Below are positions 30,339 to 45,804 of a stretch of 64,000 nt of DNA, in pieces. The notes below the pieces were generated by a model. The model was not told the origin of the DNA. It did not search any database and worked only from the letters and a program-made list of their open reading frames with translations. How positions within the stretch are numbered: position 1 is the stretch's first letter; every line of letters starts with the position of its first letter. Source of the stretch: the human T2T-CHM13v2.0 reference genome, Homo sapiens; NCBI RefSeq assembly GCF_009914755.1, contig NC_060939.1, one strand, 5' to 3'. The translations under genes were made by a program, and so were the position numbers.

Positions 30339-30904
30339 GCAATGCTTTACACTCCAGTCATTGAGAGAATCAAAAATTATCTTCCAACCACTGCCATGTC
30401 AAATGTAATTTAAGAAAGCACCCTTCTTCCCTGAAGAAAATGCAGTTTGGTTTACTTTATTCCATCTCTGATTAGTGGCATTGGTTTTGTTTACAATTAG
30501 AAAATAAAATGTGTTTAGAGTACAATTTAATGGCAAATTGTCTATAAGAGATTAGTTTTCTTTCTCTTTTTGATTAGCTGAAAAGGTCATTGTAGTAGCA
30601 TGTTCAAGCTAGTCATCTTTGCGTATTTATTTCCTCACAAAATATTTATTACAAATATAGTAGCACGTTTCTCTTTTTTGAAGACATGTGAGCATCTATC
30701 TGAATAAGATACTCAAGATTTCATCTTGATGTGTGATCTTGAGCAAGCGGTTTCTTTTATCTAAATGTCTTCATCTGAATATAGATAATCCCTTGGAATC
30801 CTCCCCTTCTTCAGGGACTCTGAAGAAAATAATTTAGGCTTCATCAGATTCTTTAAATTATTAGAAAAATAATCAGAAAGAACCAAAGGGCTGTTTTCCT
30901 TTAG

Positions 30905-31216
<312 letters not shown>

Positions 31217-31763
31217 TGACGTGGTTACCAGTTCACCTTTTGAGTGCTAACTGCCTCGTGGCAGTAGCACTGAAATGAGGGTTACCAGTTCCATCTTTTC
31301 AGCTTTGTAACACTTACTCTCATAATGCTTATATTGTAAACAATATTTCTGAAGTTTTTATCCCTTTAGTAACTGTTTTGACAATTTCGGGTAGTCCCTT
31401 GAATTTCTGAAGTAGGTTGTTTCTTCTCAGCCATTGTTAAGAGCCTAAAGTAAAGTAAATTCAGTAAATTGATGAGTAGGGGAAATAATATAAACGGGTC
31501 AGAGAATAGTTTCCAGTGGAAATCTGTCACTTCCTTCAATATTTCGGCAGGTGTAGAGCATATGTTGAAATTGTTGTGGGGGTTTCCCGGGGTAGCGGTT
31601 GAAAGAAGTCTGGCTTGGGCGTGGTAAAGCTGTTATACTTTCTTTCCAGTTTTAGTGCATGTGTTGCAGAAGCGAGGACATAGCTGCTGTACTTTCTCAT
31701 TAAAAATTCTTCCTGAATATATAAGTGTTGATGTTCCTCATTATGAAATCGCTTTTTTAGGGC

Positions 31764-32300
<537 letters not shown>

Positions 32301-35300
32301 AGGAACCACCGTTTGTTTGTTATTTTCCTCAAACAATTGGTATTTGAAATACTACTGAAGTAGTATCATTTGGGAATCTTTTGAAACATTTTGATCTTAC
32401 AAGGGACCCTAGTACTTTGAAGATTGTGAACCACTATCTGTACTCTTAAGGGTAGAGAATTCCTAATTCCTTAGCTTTGTAGAGATGTGTATCACTATCT
32501 GTGAATGCTGTTATTTCCAACACGCTTTGTAATTCGACAATGTTTGTTTTCTGACATATGTTGTATGTGATATTTCAGTCTAAAGAAATGTAGTTTGAAA
32601 AGATCTTTCTCTGCATCTCCTTTGTTTTTTATCATTTTTAATGGCCCAAGTACCAAATTAGTATATTCAGTAAAAAAAAAAAAGTCACATTATTTTTCTT
32701 TGTTAAAAAGTTATTGCTTAAGTTATTGCATGCTTACTGTTTTAAGATGAAGTCAAATGTGTTATTTACTTCTAAGATGGGTCTATTCTTGATAGGCGGC
32801 TTTTACCTTTTCTGGTTGCATTGCAAGGTGGCCTCGCAGCTTAATCTTGTAAATCAAATGCTTTCTATCCAATTTTTATGTCTATATGAATTTTTAAAAA
32901 CCATTTTTAGAGGTCTTTGCTACTTATTGTATCTTTCCTTCCAAAGTGTGTTTTTTTTTTTTTAACAGATACAGCACTGACACCTGAAATACGGGTACAG
33001 CCTTATTCCTGAAGAGTTTTGTTCTGGTAGTGGCTGCTGCTACTGCCCTTTTCCTGCCCATTGTCTTTGTGTGTGATTTTTACTAAACCAAACATCAGTG
33101 CACCATGAAAAATATATAGCTGTGAAATAAAATTGTAAATATTTTTATTTTACCTATTAGATCTTGAGCCCCCGTTTGTACAGTTTTTGCACATTAGCAG
33201 GTGCCTTCATGTTTGAACAGGCATCTCTTATGAAATGCTGATTACAATGTGATAGTTGCTGTTCTGGGCAGAAGTTCCTGCTGAGTTACGGTAATTGCTC
33301 AGGGTGTTAACAGCAATAAAAGCTGAAGCTTCTGTTGTCAGTATTGGTCTAATACAACACATTAAAGCTATCTACAAAAATATGTGGGAAGTAGGGTGCA
33401 GTATGTTTAGATGCCTTTTTCTAAATCACACACTGCTGTTTCTCATGTTTTTGTTTGAGGTTCTGTATTCGGCACATCCTCATAGTTGTGTAAGAACAAC
33501 AGATGATGAAATATTTGCTCTGGGAATAAATATAGTTATTTCCACTGTCTTATTTTCTTACTTCTCTGTACTTATTAAAAGATAATCAAATAGATGAGAA
33601 TGATCAAGATTTTTTTCTCCTTCAGTTTACTGAAGCTATAAGGGAAAAACATGAGCAGGAGGAAATAAGCTTTGTTTCTCTGTGAGATTTTAAAAAGAAG
33701 AAGAAATTGAATTTGATTTTGCTCACAGCAAATAACATGACTAGTGGAGCAATGAAAGAAACAAAAACCCAATAGCTTTGAAATGTTGAGTAATTAGGTA
33801 TTTTATCTTTTTAATAATCACAAAATAAAAAGTTGGTTTGGGGTTATAACTGAGAGACGTGTTTCATTGTTTATACTATAAATGAGAATCCCTTTGCCAC
33901 GGTGAAATTTTGTGTATAAAGTATGTTTGGGCACTGTAAAAATAACTGGGTGAATGCCCTTTATGATACACATTAGTAGGTATGATTACGATGTTAAAGA
34001 CAACAAAAGCTAATGAGGTGAGGCGTGGGGAGGAGGAGACATGTACCGCCAGTCACTGAGACTAGAATAATGGCAGTTTATTGGACCGAGGGCCTTAGGT
34101 CACATTTCATGAAATAGCTCTATGTGAGATAAGGAGAAGGGTCTTTGTATTTTATGTGGGGACCTGGGTCGTCTTCTCAATTCTGCTGCTGCATTCCCTT
34201 AGAATCGAGTCTGTGGTATAGAACACAGCTGCCTCTATGTCCTGATCCCTGTCTGTTGTCCTGCCAGACTATTAAACAGCCTCCCCTTTCACTCTCAAAA
34301 ATGTCTGAGTGTGGATGATAGGTTGTGTGGTTATCTTGCCTATGGGGATAGGATCCATGGCTTCTGCTTTATTAATATTCAACCATCAAAACACATAAGG
34401 ACACCACCATCCTACACTAGTAGGTGTATTTCGAGCCCATGCTTCCACAGGGTAGGTGGAGGCTATGATAGTATCAAGCAGTTAAGTTCCTAACTGAGCT
34501 GAGGTTTTAAAGGTAGGAATTATGTATTCTGTTAGGAAGCTTTCATTCTCTTAGGAAGTATTCATTTGATTGGGCTTATTTACAAACGGAGATGTCTGAT
34601 TTTGTTTGAATGCGCTGACCAAAGTATTTATGGAACAAGTAGTCAAAAGCAGGAGCTCAGGCGAGCAGAAGAGGCAGGGTAGAATTATGGACAGTGCATA
34701 CTTAGAAGCAGGAGAAAGAAGTATTGTTGATTAAAAAGGTCGCTTCGCACCGTAGATTTCTGAACTAATTAGTAAAATAGCTGGCAAAGTCTTTATTTAG
34801 CTTTTTGAAGGTCTAGTAATTCGGAATGACAGTCTGTGATCCTTGTGGCCTGGCATGAAAAGATTAATTGAGCCAAATTTCATTTTTAGAATTTAGAGTT
34901 GAGAAACTGAGAGACTGAGGCAGTTAGTAGAGGGGAAAGGTGAATGGATAATTCAAGAATTACCCCTAATATGTCTGTAGAAATTAAAAATAAAAAAAGA
35001 ATTACCTGAATGACAAGAGCAAGGTTAGGGCTGACATAGGCAAGCTCACTTGCTAGGGAAGGAAACTCGGAAAAGCAGAGGACAGGGAAGCTGTGGGAAG
35101 GGCAGCAGACTGCCAAGGGAAGTGCGTGCACAGCCGTCTCTTCCTTGACTCTCCTGGGTCCCACTGCACTGATGTTCTTCCCACAGGATTCTTAGATTAT
35201 CCTGTTCACTCTGAGTAGAGAGCTCTCATCTGGGCTAGCTTGAGTGGATCTTCATGAATTGCAATGGAAAGAGCCTAGGTTAACATCTCCAACCCTTCTG

Positions 35301-37044
35301 CTGCCCTCCCATAGCTTTTAGAGGTCACCATGTGACTTAGTTACTTTGAGGGTTTTGTTCTGAATGAGTCAATATCATTGAGGAGCATTATATCACAGAG
35401 TGCAAATAGGAATGTTTTGGGCTATAATCAGGGCCTTCCACAGGCATTTACTGAATACCTTCTTTGTGTTCTTTATGGAACTCAGCACTTAAAGAGAGAC
35501 TGAAGAAGTATAAAATATTGTTCATTCCCTCAGTGATCTTAGTTAGATTCTAAGTGACAGACAACTTGTGGCATTATTGGATGTCAGTCTTCTTTGGAGA
35601 ACATTCTGAATAGGATTGACAAGAAGGGCATTCGCTTTTAGATCTAAAAGAAATGATTTCTTTTGTGCGTTTATGAAAAACAAATCATATTTTTATGGAA
35701 ACCCAGGCATTAAGAAGTATAATACAAATAATTTGCCATCTGGAAATAATCATGGAGTCTGAGAATGCTAACAAGGTCATGGAGACAGTAATTTTCATTC
35801 AGTATAACACTGAGGAGTTCCTTGTATAGTAAGTAGTTCCTTGTAGCAGTTACTACCTTTCTTTATTCACAGATAAGTAAGCAAACTCACTCCTGTAATA
35901 TTCTCCATGGAAATTCAGTGTGGATTCTTGCATTGCCGTCATTCATACAGTAGAGGAAAACATGCTTTTGGTTTCCTAAAGTTACATAGGTGTTTCAGCT
36001 GTTACTTATACCAAATGAGTTTCTAGGTAGTATATGTAGCTATAAGTACTATTTTGGGTTAATAACATTGATTCATTTTGGTTCCTTAACTGTTTATTAA
36101 AACTTGGAAAATTGTCCTTAAAGTTAAGCCAGATACAGAGATTCCTTAGAGTTGGGGGTGATAGTTAGGGATGTTAAAGTGTTTCAGGTGATGGTTAGCT
36201 GGGCTCGACATATTGTTACGGCTCTGCATAGATGATAATGCTGCTGTATCATTTGTGTCCCCAACAGCCTACTTTCTAAGTACTAGTTCTGAATGTGGAA
36301 TAGCTAAGGATGCATACTACTAGTTACCTTGGAGAATGCACATTTCCATTATTGCTGTGAATGTGGGGGCCAAGTTATTTATCGTTTAATACCATATCCC
36401 TCTTGTTGTTTTATTGTCAAATGTGAGCAGCTGGAGGAAAAACACTTGGAATTTCTCTCTGATCCCTGGTCTGTACTCATAAGTTGTTTGCCACTCACTA
36501 CCCTTTACTCATGCCTTCCCCGACAGTACAGCAGCAGAAGGGCTGCAGAGAAATTAACTTCATCTTAGGTTCCACTTGCCATTGAGATTGCCCGCCCTCC
36601 ACCAAATTTATTTTCTTAAAAATGGATTAAAAGTAACAAGAAGCTATTTCTCCTCCTTTGTAATAAAAACTTACTGAGGATGAGTAATTATGTCTTCTTT
36701 TCTTATTAGAACCATAGATGATGCTGGGAGATATCAGATAGCGACTTAATTACCCATACCTTTTGTGCACACATTCAAGTGTACACACAGTGACTTAATT
36801 ATCAGACTTACGCATTATCTACCGCATTTCTTTAATCCCAGCTTGGCTGTTACCACTTAGCACAGAAGGTGTAGTGTATGGACATTCATGGAATGGGCAT
36901 TCGTTTAAAAGGAGGTAAATCTTGCATTAGAGCCCTTTTTTGGTTGCGGGGGGTGGGCAGGAAGGTCCACATAATTTGAACATGGCTAATTCAGAGTTTA
37001 GGATCTGTTATTCTGGGATTGAGATGAGGGATGGTAGATTGCCC

Positions 37045-37250
37045 AGGTTCAGAGCTCGGACTTCGACATCAGGTTGTCTGAGTTCACGTACTCCGTCCAT
37101 CAGTTGCCATCTTTCCTGACCTTGGGAAATACACTTAACCCTCTTAACTTTCTTTAGTTACCTGTGAAGTTGGGATATAAAGTACCAACCTTGCCAAGTA
37201 GATTGTTTTTAGATTAAAAGGTCAAACTTACAAAGTGTCCAGTGCCCCAT
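37045..37250 (+). mobile_element. MIR
   Basis: tgaccttgggaaatacacttaacc...gtaccaacctt. Confidence 0.65.
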
Positions 37251-38108
37251 AGAGTGACACTGATTGTGATGTTGATGTTTAGTTGGTACCTTAGGTTTAT
37301 GCTTTTTATTCACTGATGTATATATTGTGTGCTTATCACATTGGCTGGCTGTATTGTCCACAGTAAGTATTTATTGAATACTGAATGAAGTAACATTTAA
37401 GTGGAATCAATTCACTGGATAAGTATTTTTAAAAAACTTTAGTAGTAGTTGTTTGATACAGTGCATACATCAACACAAATTAACATTCTCTTAAACAAGC
37501 CAAAGAAGTCTACTCACTTACTTTTGGTTAGCCTGCAGTGCGTAATGTATAGAAATAATAAAACTTTATTTATTTTAAAATACTTGAAGAAAATTCAGTT
37601 TCTTCTTTTCTTCACGAATTTGAATGAATGTAGCCTAAGTCATAACATTTTTTAGGCATCATTATATTGTTTTGGGTTTTCCATATGACTGACTTTCAGC
37701 AAAGATAAATGAGGGCCTAGTATACGTGTGAACCTCCCAGAAAAGGCCAACTGTTATGAAAAATGCCTTACGCTATGATGATTTGTTTCTGTGTGACACA
37801 TCAGTTGTTTCTGTTTTTGTTTTTGACAGTCCTTCAAGGTAGGCCTGCAAAATTGAGTATTTCTTTCTATAGCTCCTTCTTCTCTTTACTTTCTTGGCTT
37901 GTACCATACAAAAAGGTCAGTATCACCCAGTTACGCCTTTGTGACTTGTTGTGTAGTGTTGGATAATGAAGTAAAAACTTTACATTAAAGTTCATTATCA
38001 AGTATTTTCAGCTATTATATCCAAGGACCAAGTGGCCTTTTCATATATAAATTTGTGATTTCTAATTTTGTTTAATTCTTTAACGAGGCAAGAGGCAGGA
38101 TGGAATTC

Positions 38109-38395
38109 TTTTTTGGAGACAGAGTTTCCCTCTTGTCACCCAGGCTGGAGTTCAATGGCGTGATCTCAGCTCTTTCCAACCTCCGCCTCCGGGTTCAAGT
38201 GATTCTCCTGCCTCAGCCTCCCAAGTAGCTGGAATTACGGGCACCTGCCACCACCCCCAGCTATGTTTTTGTATTCTTAGTAGAGACGGGGTTTCACTAT
38301 GTTGGCCAGGCTGGTCTTGAACTCCTGACCTCGTGATCCACCTGCCTTGACCTCCCAAAGTGTCAGGATTACAGGCATGAGCCACTGCATCAAGC
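38109..38395 (-). mobile_element. AluSg-like with TSD gatggaattctttt
   Basis: reverse dimer with TSD. Confidence 0.94.
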
Positions 38396-39879
38396 AAGAT
38401 GGAATTCTTTAGCCCTGAGTTTGGTGGACTCAGTCAGAGGAGGTTGTATATCTATACTCCCCTCCCACCACAATTATAGAGTAATGGTGTTGAAAGTTTT
38501 TTGAACGACCACATCCTTTTTGCATGATATTGATGTCAACCTCTAAATGGACAGGGTGGTATTAACATAAGTGGAAATCAAAATGAGGCCTTGGGAATAA
38601 ATAATCCCAGCATTTTATTGGCCCCATTTTCTGAGCTTCCCAGCAATTTGTCTTCACTCGTGGCTGCCAGTCAGGGTAGGGCACTTGGGATTTTAAGTTT
38701 TAGTGTTTAACTACTATTGTGAGGTTGGGTAATTCATTTTCTTCTAATTTACTTGGGTCAAGGGACTCTAAGAAACTATTGAAAAAGTTTTGTTTAATTA
38801 TATGTATTTCCATAAACTATATTTCTGAAAATGTTATTTACTAAAATTGTTAACTATATGTGAAATTGTTTTCAATGCAGAAAACTCATCTTGTGGCCAA
38901 TATAATGGCCAAATATAAAGGCCAATTTATATGGCTGTTGGCAACTGAAATGGGGAAAAAAGGGGGTAAGTTTGAGTTCAAGTGTGGAATGTGAGTTTCC
39001 CCAGGCTCATTGGGACTCATGACCCACCAATCTAAACTATTTTGGGTGTTGTCCTCTTGGGTGACATTTTGTAGGGTATTGCTCAGAAATAGCGAGGCTT
39101 TTCTCCAGTGCTAGATGCAGAATAAGCCCTTCACGAGGCTTGGGTCGGGCTGTAGCTATACTTCTTAACGGCTATCCCTTGGTTACTCCTCTGTTACTAG
39201 TGGTGGTCCTGAGGGATGTGTAAGAGGCAGCAGGATGAAGTATCTGTAGTGCTTTATCCCTTAAAGCACAGGGACCCGTGTGGGTGATCATAGGGGTTAT
39301 TATCGTGTAGTGCATCTCCCTTTTTAGGAAAGTTCACACTTGTCTTCCTTTTTTTTCCTGTAATGGTAGGACTTAATGGAGGATTTAATGGTAATGGTTT
39401 CTGAAAGTCGAGTATTTATTATTCTGAGTGACTACTGGGTTAATATGAAAGAAGTGTGGTTTCAGTTAAGCATTGACGTCAGTGTGAAGAAGTGACTGTG
39501 GCACCCCAGTTCATACTGAATTAGCAAATAATACAAGAGGATAGCAAGCTCTCTCACACTTAGACACACACAATGCGGGATACTGTCAATATACGGTGAG
39601 TTGTTCAGTTGCAGTGTAGAATATTAATATCTTGGGGTGAAGAAAAGAAAGTGCTCCAGATGCCATGTGGCACTTGGGGAAGTTCTGTGAAGGTGGGTAG
39701 GTTTTGAGGAGCTGGGTATGTTTTTCACACATCAATAAGAAGTGGATAGGCAGAGTATAGGAGCCTTGCAGGTGTACATGGCAGCCTGTCCTTATAAGCA
39801 ACACAGGCAGTGAGGCTGACGAGTCTGGGAGTCGTGAGAAGATGACCCGCAGGACGTCACTGAAGAGCACAGGTTAGTG

Positions 39880-40140
39880 GATTTTGGGAGGCAGATGTGG
39901 AGATATAAAATGGGGCTAGATTATAGAGAATCTTCAAAGTTAGCAAAGTTAAGATTTTGTGTAATAGGCAGTAGAGAGCTTTTGTAAGCTTTTTTATTCG
40001 AGACGAGCCACCTTGCAGACCACTGCTTAAGAAGATTGACTGTAGCAGTTTGCAGTGTGGAACGGGAAAGATGGTGAAAGTTCCAAGTAGGAGGCTAGGG
40101 CCGCCATTCATGGGTAAGATGAAGAGGACCAAGACAGTAG
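39880..40140 (-). mobile_element. L2 fragment
   Basis: purine-rich, ggcagtagagagc...aagaagattgactgtagcag...taggaggcta resembles the L2 reverse strand. Confidence 0.5.
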
Positions 40141-41658
40141 AGATGATATATTGATAATTGTAACCAAATCAGGAGTAATTGTTGGAACAGCATAACACGT
40201 TTACATATTTGCTGATGTAATTACTCAAGGGTCATACCATAAAAAGGGGTGGGGATTTCACATTATGGAAACCTTGGAATTCTCTGTCTTACGGTGGAAG
40301 ACAGAACCCAGTGTAGTGTAGATAAAAGTCTAATTTTAATTCCCAGAGAAAGACTGATGTCTTATGGGACAAATTAGTAGATTCCCAATGTGACTACCTA
40401 CTTTTAAAGCTTCAGCCTTTACCAATGACCAATATGTCTTATTTACCGATATGTCTTATTTCCACATATATCTAAAAAGTGGGTTTTACTTTCAGGCTGA
40501 TATTTTCTTAATCAATGTGGATGCTATCATTAATACTTTTATTTACTGTAATACTCAACAGGATTTGCTGAATGGATTTTAAGTCTTCCCCATAATAACA
40601 TTAATTTTTTTTGTAAACTTTTTATATTACAATTAATGATGACTAGTATTTATTTTTTAGCAATAAAAATATTTGTGTCTACTGATGATTTAAATAAGTT
40701 CATGACTGGTGGAGCACTTGGGTACATTATATGTAGATGTGAGAGATTCTGTAGTGAGAGGATAAATCTTCTTTCAGTCAAGATGATGGTACATAAAGCT
40801 AACTGTATTGATTGTTCTTTAATGATGCTTTGTGCTGCCAAAGTCATTTGAGCTGGATCTGAATCAGATCCAGTTGGCGAAGCTTCCCCATATGTGGAGC
40901 TCTTATAAATCCTGCAGGCACACAGATCTAATACAGAGTAATGAGATAGCTGCTGGGAGAAAAAATTGATTACAGGGTTGCAGACAATATCATTAACATT
41001 TCTTACCATGATACACCAGATGTCTTCCCTAATAGACTATTTTTGTTAATTTGGTTTTTATAGGATAGCATTGATTGCATCATAATTTAACTTTCTTTGC
41101 ATATTCAGGTATATGTGATCTGTGTTTCTACACTAATGATGGAATAAACTCATCAGATTTAATTTTGTAAGTTTTAACTTATCTGTTCATTTTTCTATCT
41201 GCTGGAGAGGCAACATTTTTACTTGTACTGAGAATCTGTTAGCTTGGATGTTTTCTAGTAAAAATTACTGTGTTCAGTGGTGGGGAGGGAGTAGTGAGGG
41301 AGGTAGGAAGGCAAAGATAACATTGCCCAGAACCTCCCTAAACTGGTCAGAAATGATTCTACCCGTCAGCTGATTTACATAGAAACCAGGTGGCACCATG
41401 GCAGAGGCTCTAGCCAAAGCAGGAAAGGTGCAACCTTTCAAGGGGACATACGTGCACATTTATCTCCATTGTCAAGGGTGTGGCTCTGCAGGAGAGGACT
41501 CACGTTGGCACCTATCCTCTTCTTCACTAGAAGATCAAGGACTAAAGAGGATATTAGTTAGTTAGCATTTTAATTCTTTTAGCCATATCTTTTTGTGTGT
41601 TTGACTTCTTTTGAGTGGTTAACACACATAATAGGACAGTATTATAGGGGTGGTTTGA

Positions 41659-42290
<632 letters not shown>

Positions 42291-42581
42291 TGTATTTTTT
42301 TTTAATCATTATTTTTGTTGTGCATTTTCCTTTAGGGAACTTTTTTTCTTTTGACATGTTTCTTGGTAACATAGGATATGTTAATTAACCTTTCTAACTC
42401 TTAGTTTTCTCACTTGTAGTATGGGTATAATAATACTACTATCTATGACAAAGACTTGTTGCAAAAATTAAATAAAATAATTCATTAAATTTCTTAGCAC
42501 CATACTTAGCATATAAGCAAGCATACATTAAGCATTGTCTATTATCCTGTAAGACTCGAATTATACAAATTCTGGTCATTC

Positions 42582-42582
42582 T

Positions 42583-42621
<39 letters not shown>

Positions 42622-42823
42622 TTTGAGATGGAGTCTTGCTCTGTCGCCCAGACTGGAGTGAAGTGGCACAGTCTCGGCTCATTGCACCTCTGCCTCCTGG
42701 GTTCAAGCGATTCTCCTGCCTCAGCCTCTGGAGTAGCTGGGATTGCAGGCGTCCACCACCATGCCTGGCTAATTTTTGTATTTTTAGTAGAGACAGGGTT
42801 TCACCATGTTGGCCAGGCTAGTC
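42582..42823 (-). mobile_element. AluS with (ttta)n tail, truncated in the left arm
   Basis: ends at ggccaggctagtc and runs directly into L1M; no TSD. Confidence 0.93.
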
Positions 42824-43940
42824 CTTGTTAAAAATCAGTTAATCATATTTGTTTTGTTCTATGTCTGTGTTCTCTTTCCTTGATTTATGTGTATCTTTTA
42901 ACTGTATCATATAATCTTGATTATTATAGCTATACTGTAAGTTCTGAAGTTGGGTAGTTTGTGTCTCCACATTGTACTTTTTTTTTGGCTATCTTTTGCC
43001 TTTCTATTTAAACTTTAGAATAAGTTTGTCTATATCTACAAAGTAGTTTGATGGAATTTTAATTGAGATTGAATGAAATCTGTAGATCAATTTGGGAGAA
43101 AAGGGTGTCAATAATGTTGGGATTTTCAGTCAATGGCATAGAATGTTTTCCATATAATTAGATCTTTAACATGTTCCATCTGTGTCTTAACTTTGCATAC
43201 AGATCTGCACATATTTTGTTAAATTTATACATATATGTTTTATTTTCTGCTACTATTGAAAATAATATTGCTTTCTAAATTTCAAATACCAAAATTTCAT
43301 TGTTGGTATGTAGAAAAAGAATTGAGTTTTGTACATGAACTTTGTGCCCTGAAGATTTGCTGTGCTTGCTTATACACTCCAGAAGATTTTTCCTTGTAGG
43401 TTTTTGAGGATTTTACATATAGACTATCATATAATTGGCAAATAAAGACAGGTATTTTTCTTTCCAATAAGAGTACCTTTTTTGTCTTATTGAATTAGGT
43501 AGAATTTCCAGTGAGATGTTCAAAAGTGTGGCAACAGAAGTTATAATTGCCTTTCCCTATTTTAAAGATATAACATTCAGCCTCTGACCATTATGTATGA
43601 TGTTAGCTTTAGGTTTTATGAGTGTACTTTATCAAGTTGAGAAAGCTCCCATTTATTCCTAGTTTATGAGATATTTTTGTTTGTTTGGTCAACGAATTGA
43701 TGAATTTTTGCCAAAAGGTTTTGCTGCATCTATTGATATAATCACATATTTTTTCTTTTTTTTTTTAGCCTGTTGAAATGGTAAATTACATTGATTGGTT
43801 TGTGTGTTCAGTCATTTTTGAATATTTGAATAAATTCTGTTTTGTTATGGTTATAATTCTCTTTATATACTATTGAATTCTGTTTGCTAACATTTTGTTG
43901 AGGAATTTTGCATTTGTGTTCTTCAGATATATTAGTTTTT
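42824..43940 (-). mobile_element. Old L1M ORF2 region, resumes at ~45805-46150
   Basis: cttgattattatagc...aatctgtagatcaatttgggaga...tttatcaagttgag...gcatctattgatataatc. Confidence 0.85.
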
Positions 43941-43944
43941 CCTT

Positions 43945-45804
43945 TTTAGTTTATTTTTAATCGACAAATAATAATTGTATACATATGTGGGTACAAAGTG
44001 ATGTTTTCCGATATGTATACATTGTGAAATTATTAAATCAATATCTGTCACCTCGCATACTTATTTTTTTGTGGTGAGAACATTTAAAATCTGCTCTCTT
44101 AGCAGTTTTCAAACATACCATACGTTATTGTTAACTACAGTCACTATGCTGTACAATATGTCTCCAGAATTTATTCTTCCTATCTGAAACTTTATACCCT
44201 TTAACCAATATCTTCCCATCTCCCCCAATCCCTTTTAACTACCATTCTGCTTTTATTTCTGTAAGTTTGACTATTTTAGATTCCACATATATGTGGGAAC
44301 ATGCTGTATTTATCCTTCTGTGCCTGGCTTATTTTATTTGTCATAATGTCCTCCAGATTCATCTATAGATTTACTTATTTTTCAAGGCTGAATAGTATTT
44401 CATTGTGTATATATACCACATTATTTTTACTCATTCTTCTGTTGATGGACACTTAGGTTGATTCCATATCTTGGCCATTGTGAACAACACTGCAGTGAAC
44501 ATGGGAATGCAGATACCTCTTCAACATGCTGATTTCATTTTATTTGATATATACCCAGAAATTGAATTACTGAATTATATGGGAGTTCTATATTTTTAGA
44601 TTTTAGAGAAAACTCCATAATATTTTCCAAAATGCCTGTACTAATTTACCTTCCTACCAACAATGTACAATGGTTCCCTTTTATCCACACCCTCACCAAC
44701 ACTTGTTAGCTTTTGCCTTTTTGATAAAAGCTGCTTGAGCAGCTGCGAGGTGATATCTCATTGTGGTTATAATTTGCATTTCCCTGATGATTGGGCATTT
44801 TTAAACATTCCTATTGCCTATTTGTATGCCTTCTGTTTTGAGAAGTGTCTACAGGAGGTCCTAGTGACAGGCATTAGGCATAAGCAAGAAATTACATGCA
44901 TCCAAATCAGAAAGGAAGAAGTTAAATTGTCTCTGCATATGATATGATCTTATATATAAAAACTCTAAAGACTCCACCAAAAAAACTGTTAAAATTAATA
45001 AATGAATTTAATAAGGTTGCAGGATACAAAATAAGCATTCAATAATCAGTAGTGTTTCTATTTACTAACAGTGAAATATCTGAAAAAGAAAGAAGAAAAA
45101 AACATGATTGCATCAAAAATATGAAAAACAAGGAGTGGCAAGATCTGTACATTGAAAAACTATTGAAAATATTAATGACACAAATTAAAGAAGATACAAA
45201 TAAATGGAAAGATATCATGTGTTTATGGGTTGGAAGAATTAGTATTATTAAAATGCCCATAATACCTAAAGATATCTGCAGATTCAGTGCAATCTCTATT
45301 AAAATTCTCAAGACATTTCTCACAAAAATGGAAAGAAAAAAAAGTAATTCTAGGATTTGCATGGAGCCACAAAAGACTCAAATATCCAAAGCAATTCCAA
45401 GCAAAAGGAGCAAAGTTGGAGACATCACACAACCTGATCTCAAAATTTGCTACGAATATTTCCAATTCAGAAGAGTATGGAATTGGCACAAAACAGGCAT
45501 ATGGATCAATGGCACAAAACAGAGATCCAAGAAATAAGGTAACGTGTCTTCAGCCAATTGATCTTTGACAAAGGTGCCAATAACCTGCAATGGGGAAACG
45601 GCAGTCTCTTCAATAAATGATGTTAGAAAAACTGGCTATCCACATGAATCCTTAATTTCACCCCATATACAAAAATCAACTTAAAATGGGTAAAATAAAC
45701 ATTAATAAAAAGATAAAATTACTAGAAGAGAACATACGAAAAGCTTCTTGACATTATTCTTGAAAAAGGTATTTGGATACAATCCCCAAAGCACAGGCAA
45801 AAAA
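43945..45804. mobile_element. L1MA element with 5' inversion: 3' end on - (43945-44851), ORF2 piece on + (44852-45804)
   Basis: reverse L1MA 3'UTR up to ttttgagaagtgtcta, then forward ORF2 gaggtcctag...aaggaagaagttaaattgtctctg...aaagcacaggcaaaaaa; ORF 45052-45537 is L1 ORF2-like. Confidence 0.85.

Noticed and set aside
40631-40690. Box C (ATGATGA) and box D (CTGA) with a short terminal stem, resembling a C/D snoRNA
   Set aside because: Only about 50 nt, very AT-rich, with no C'/D' boxes or recognisable rRNA guide; probably chance
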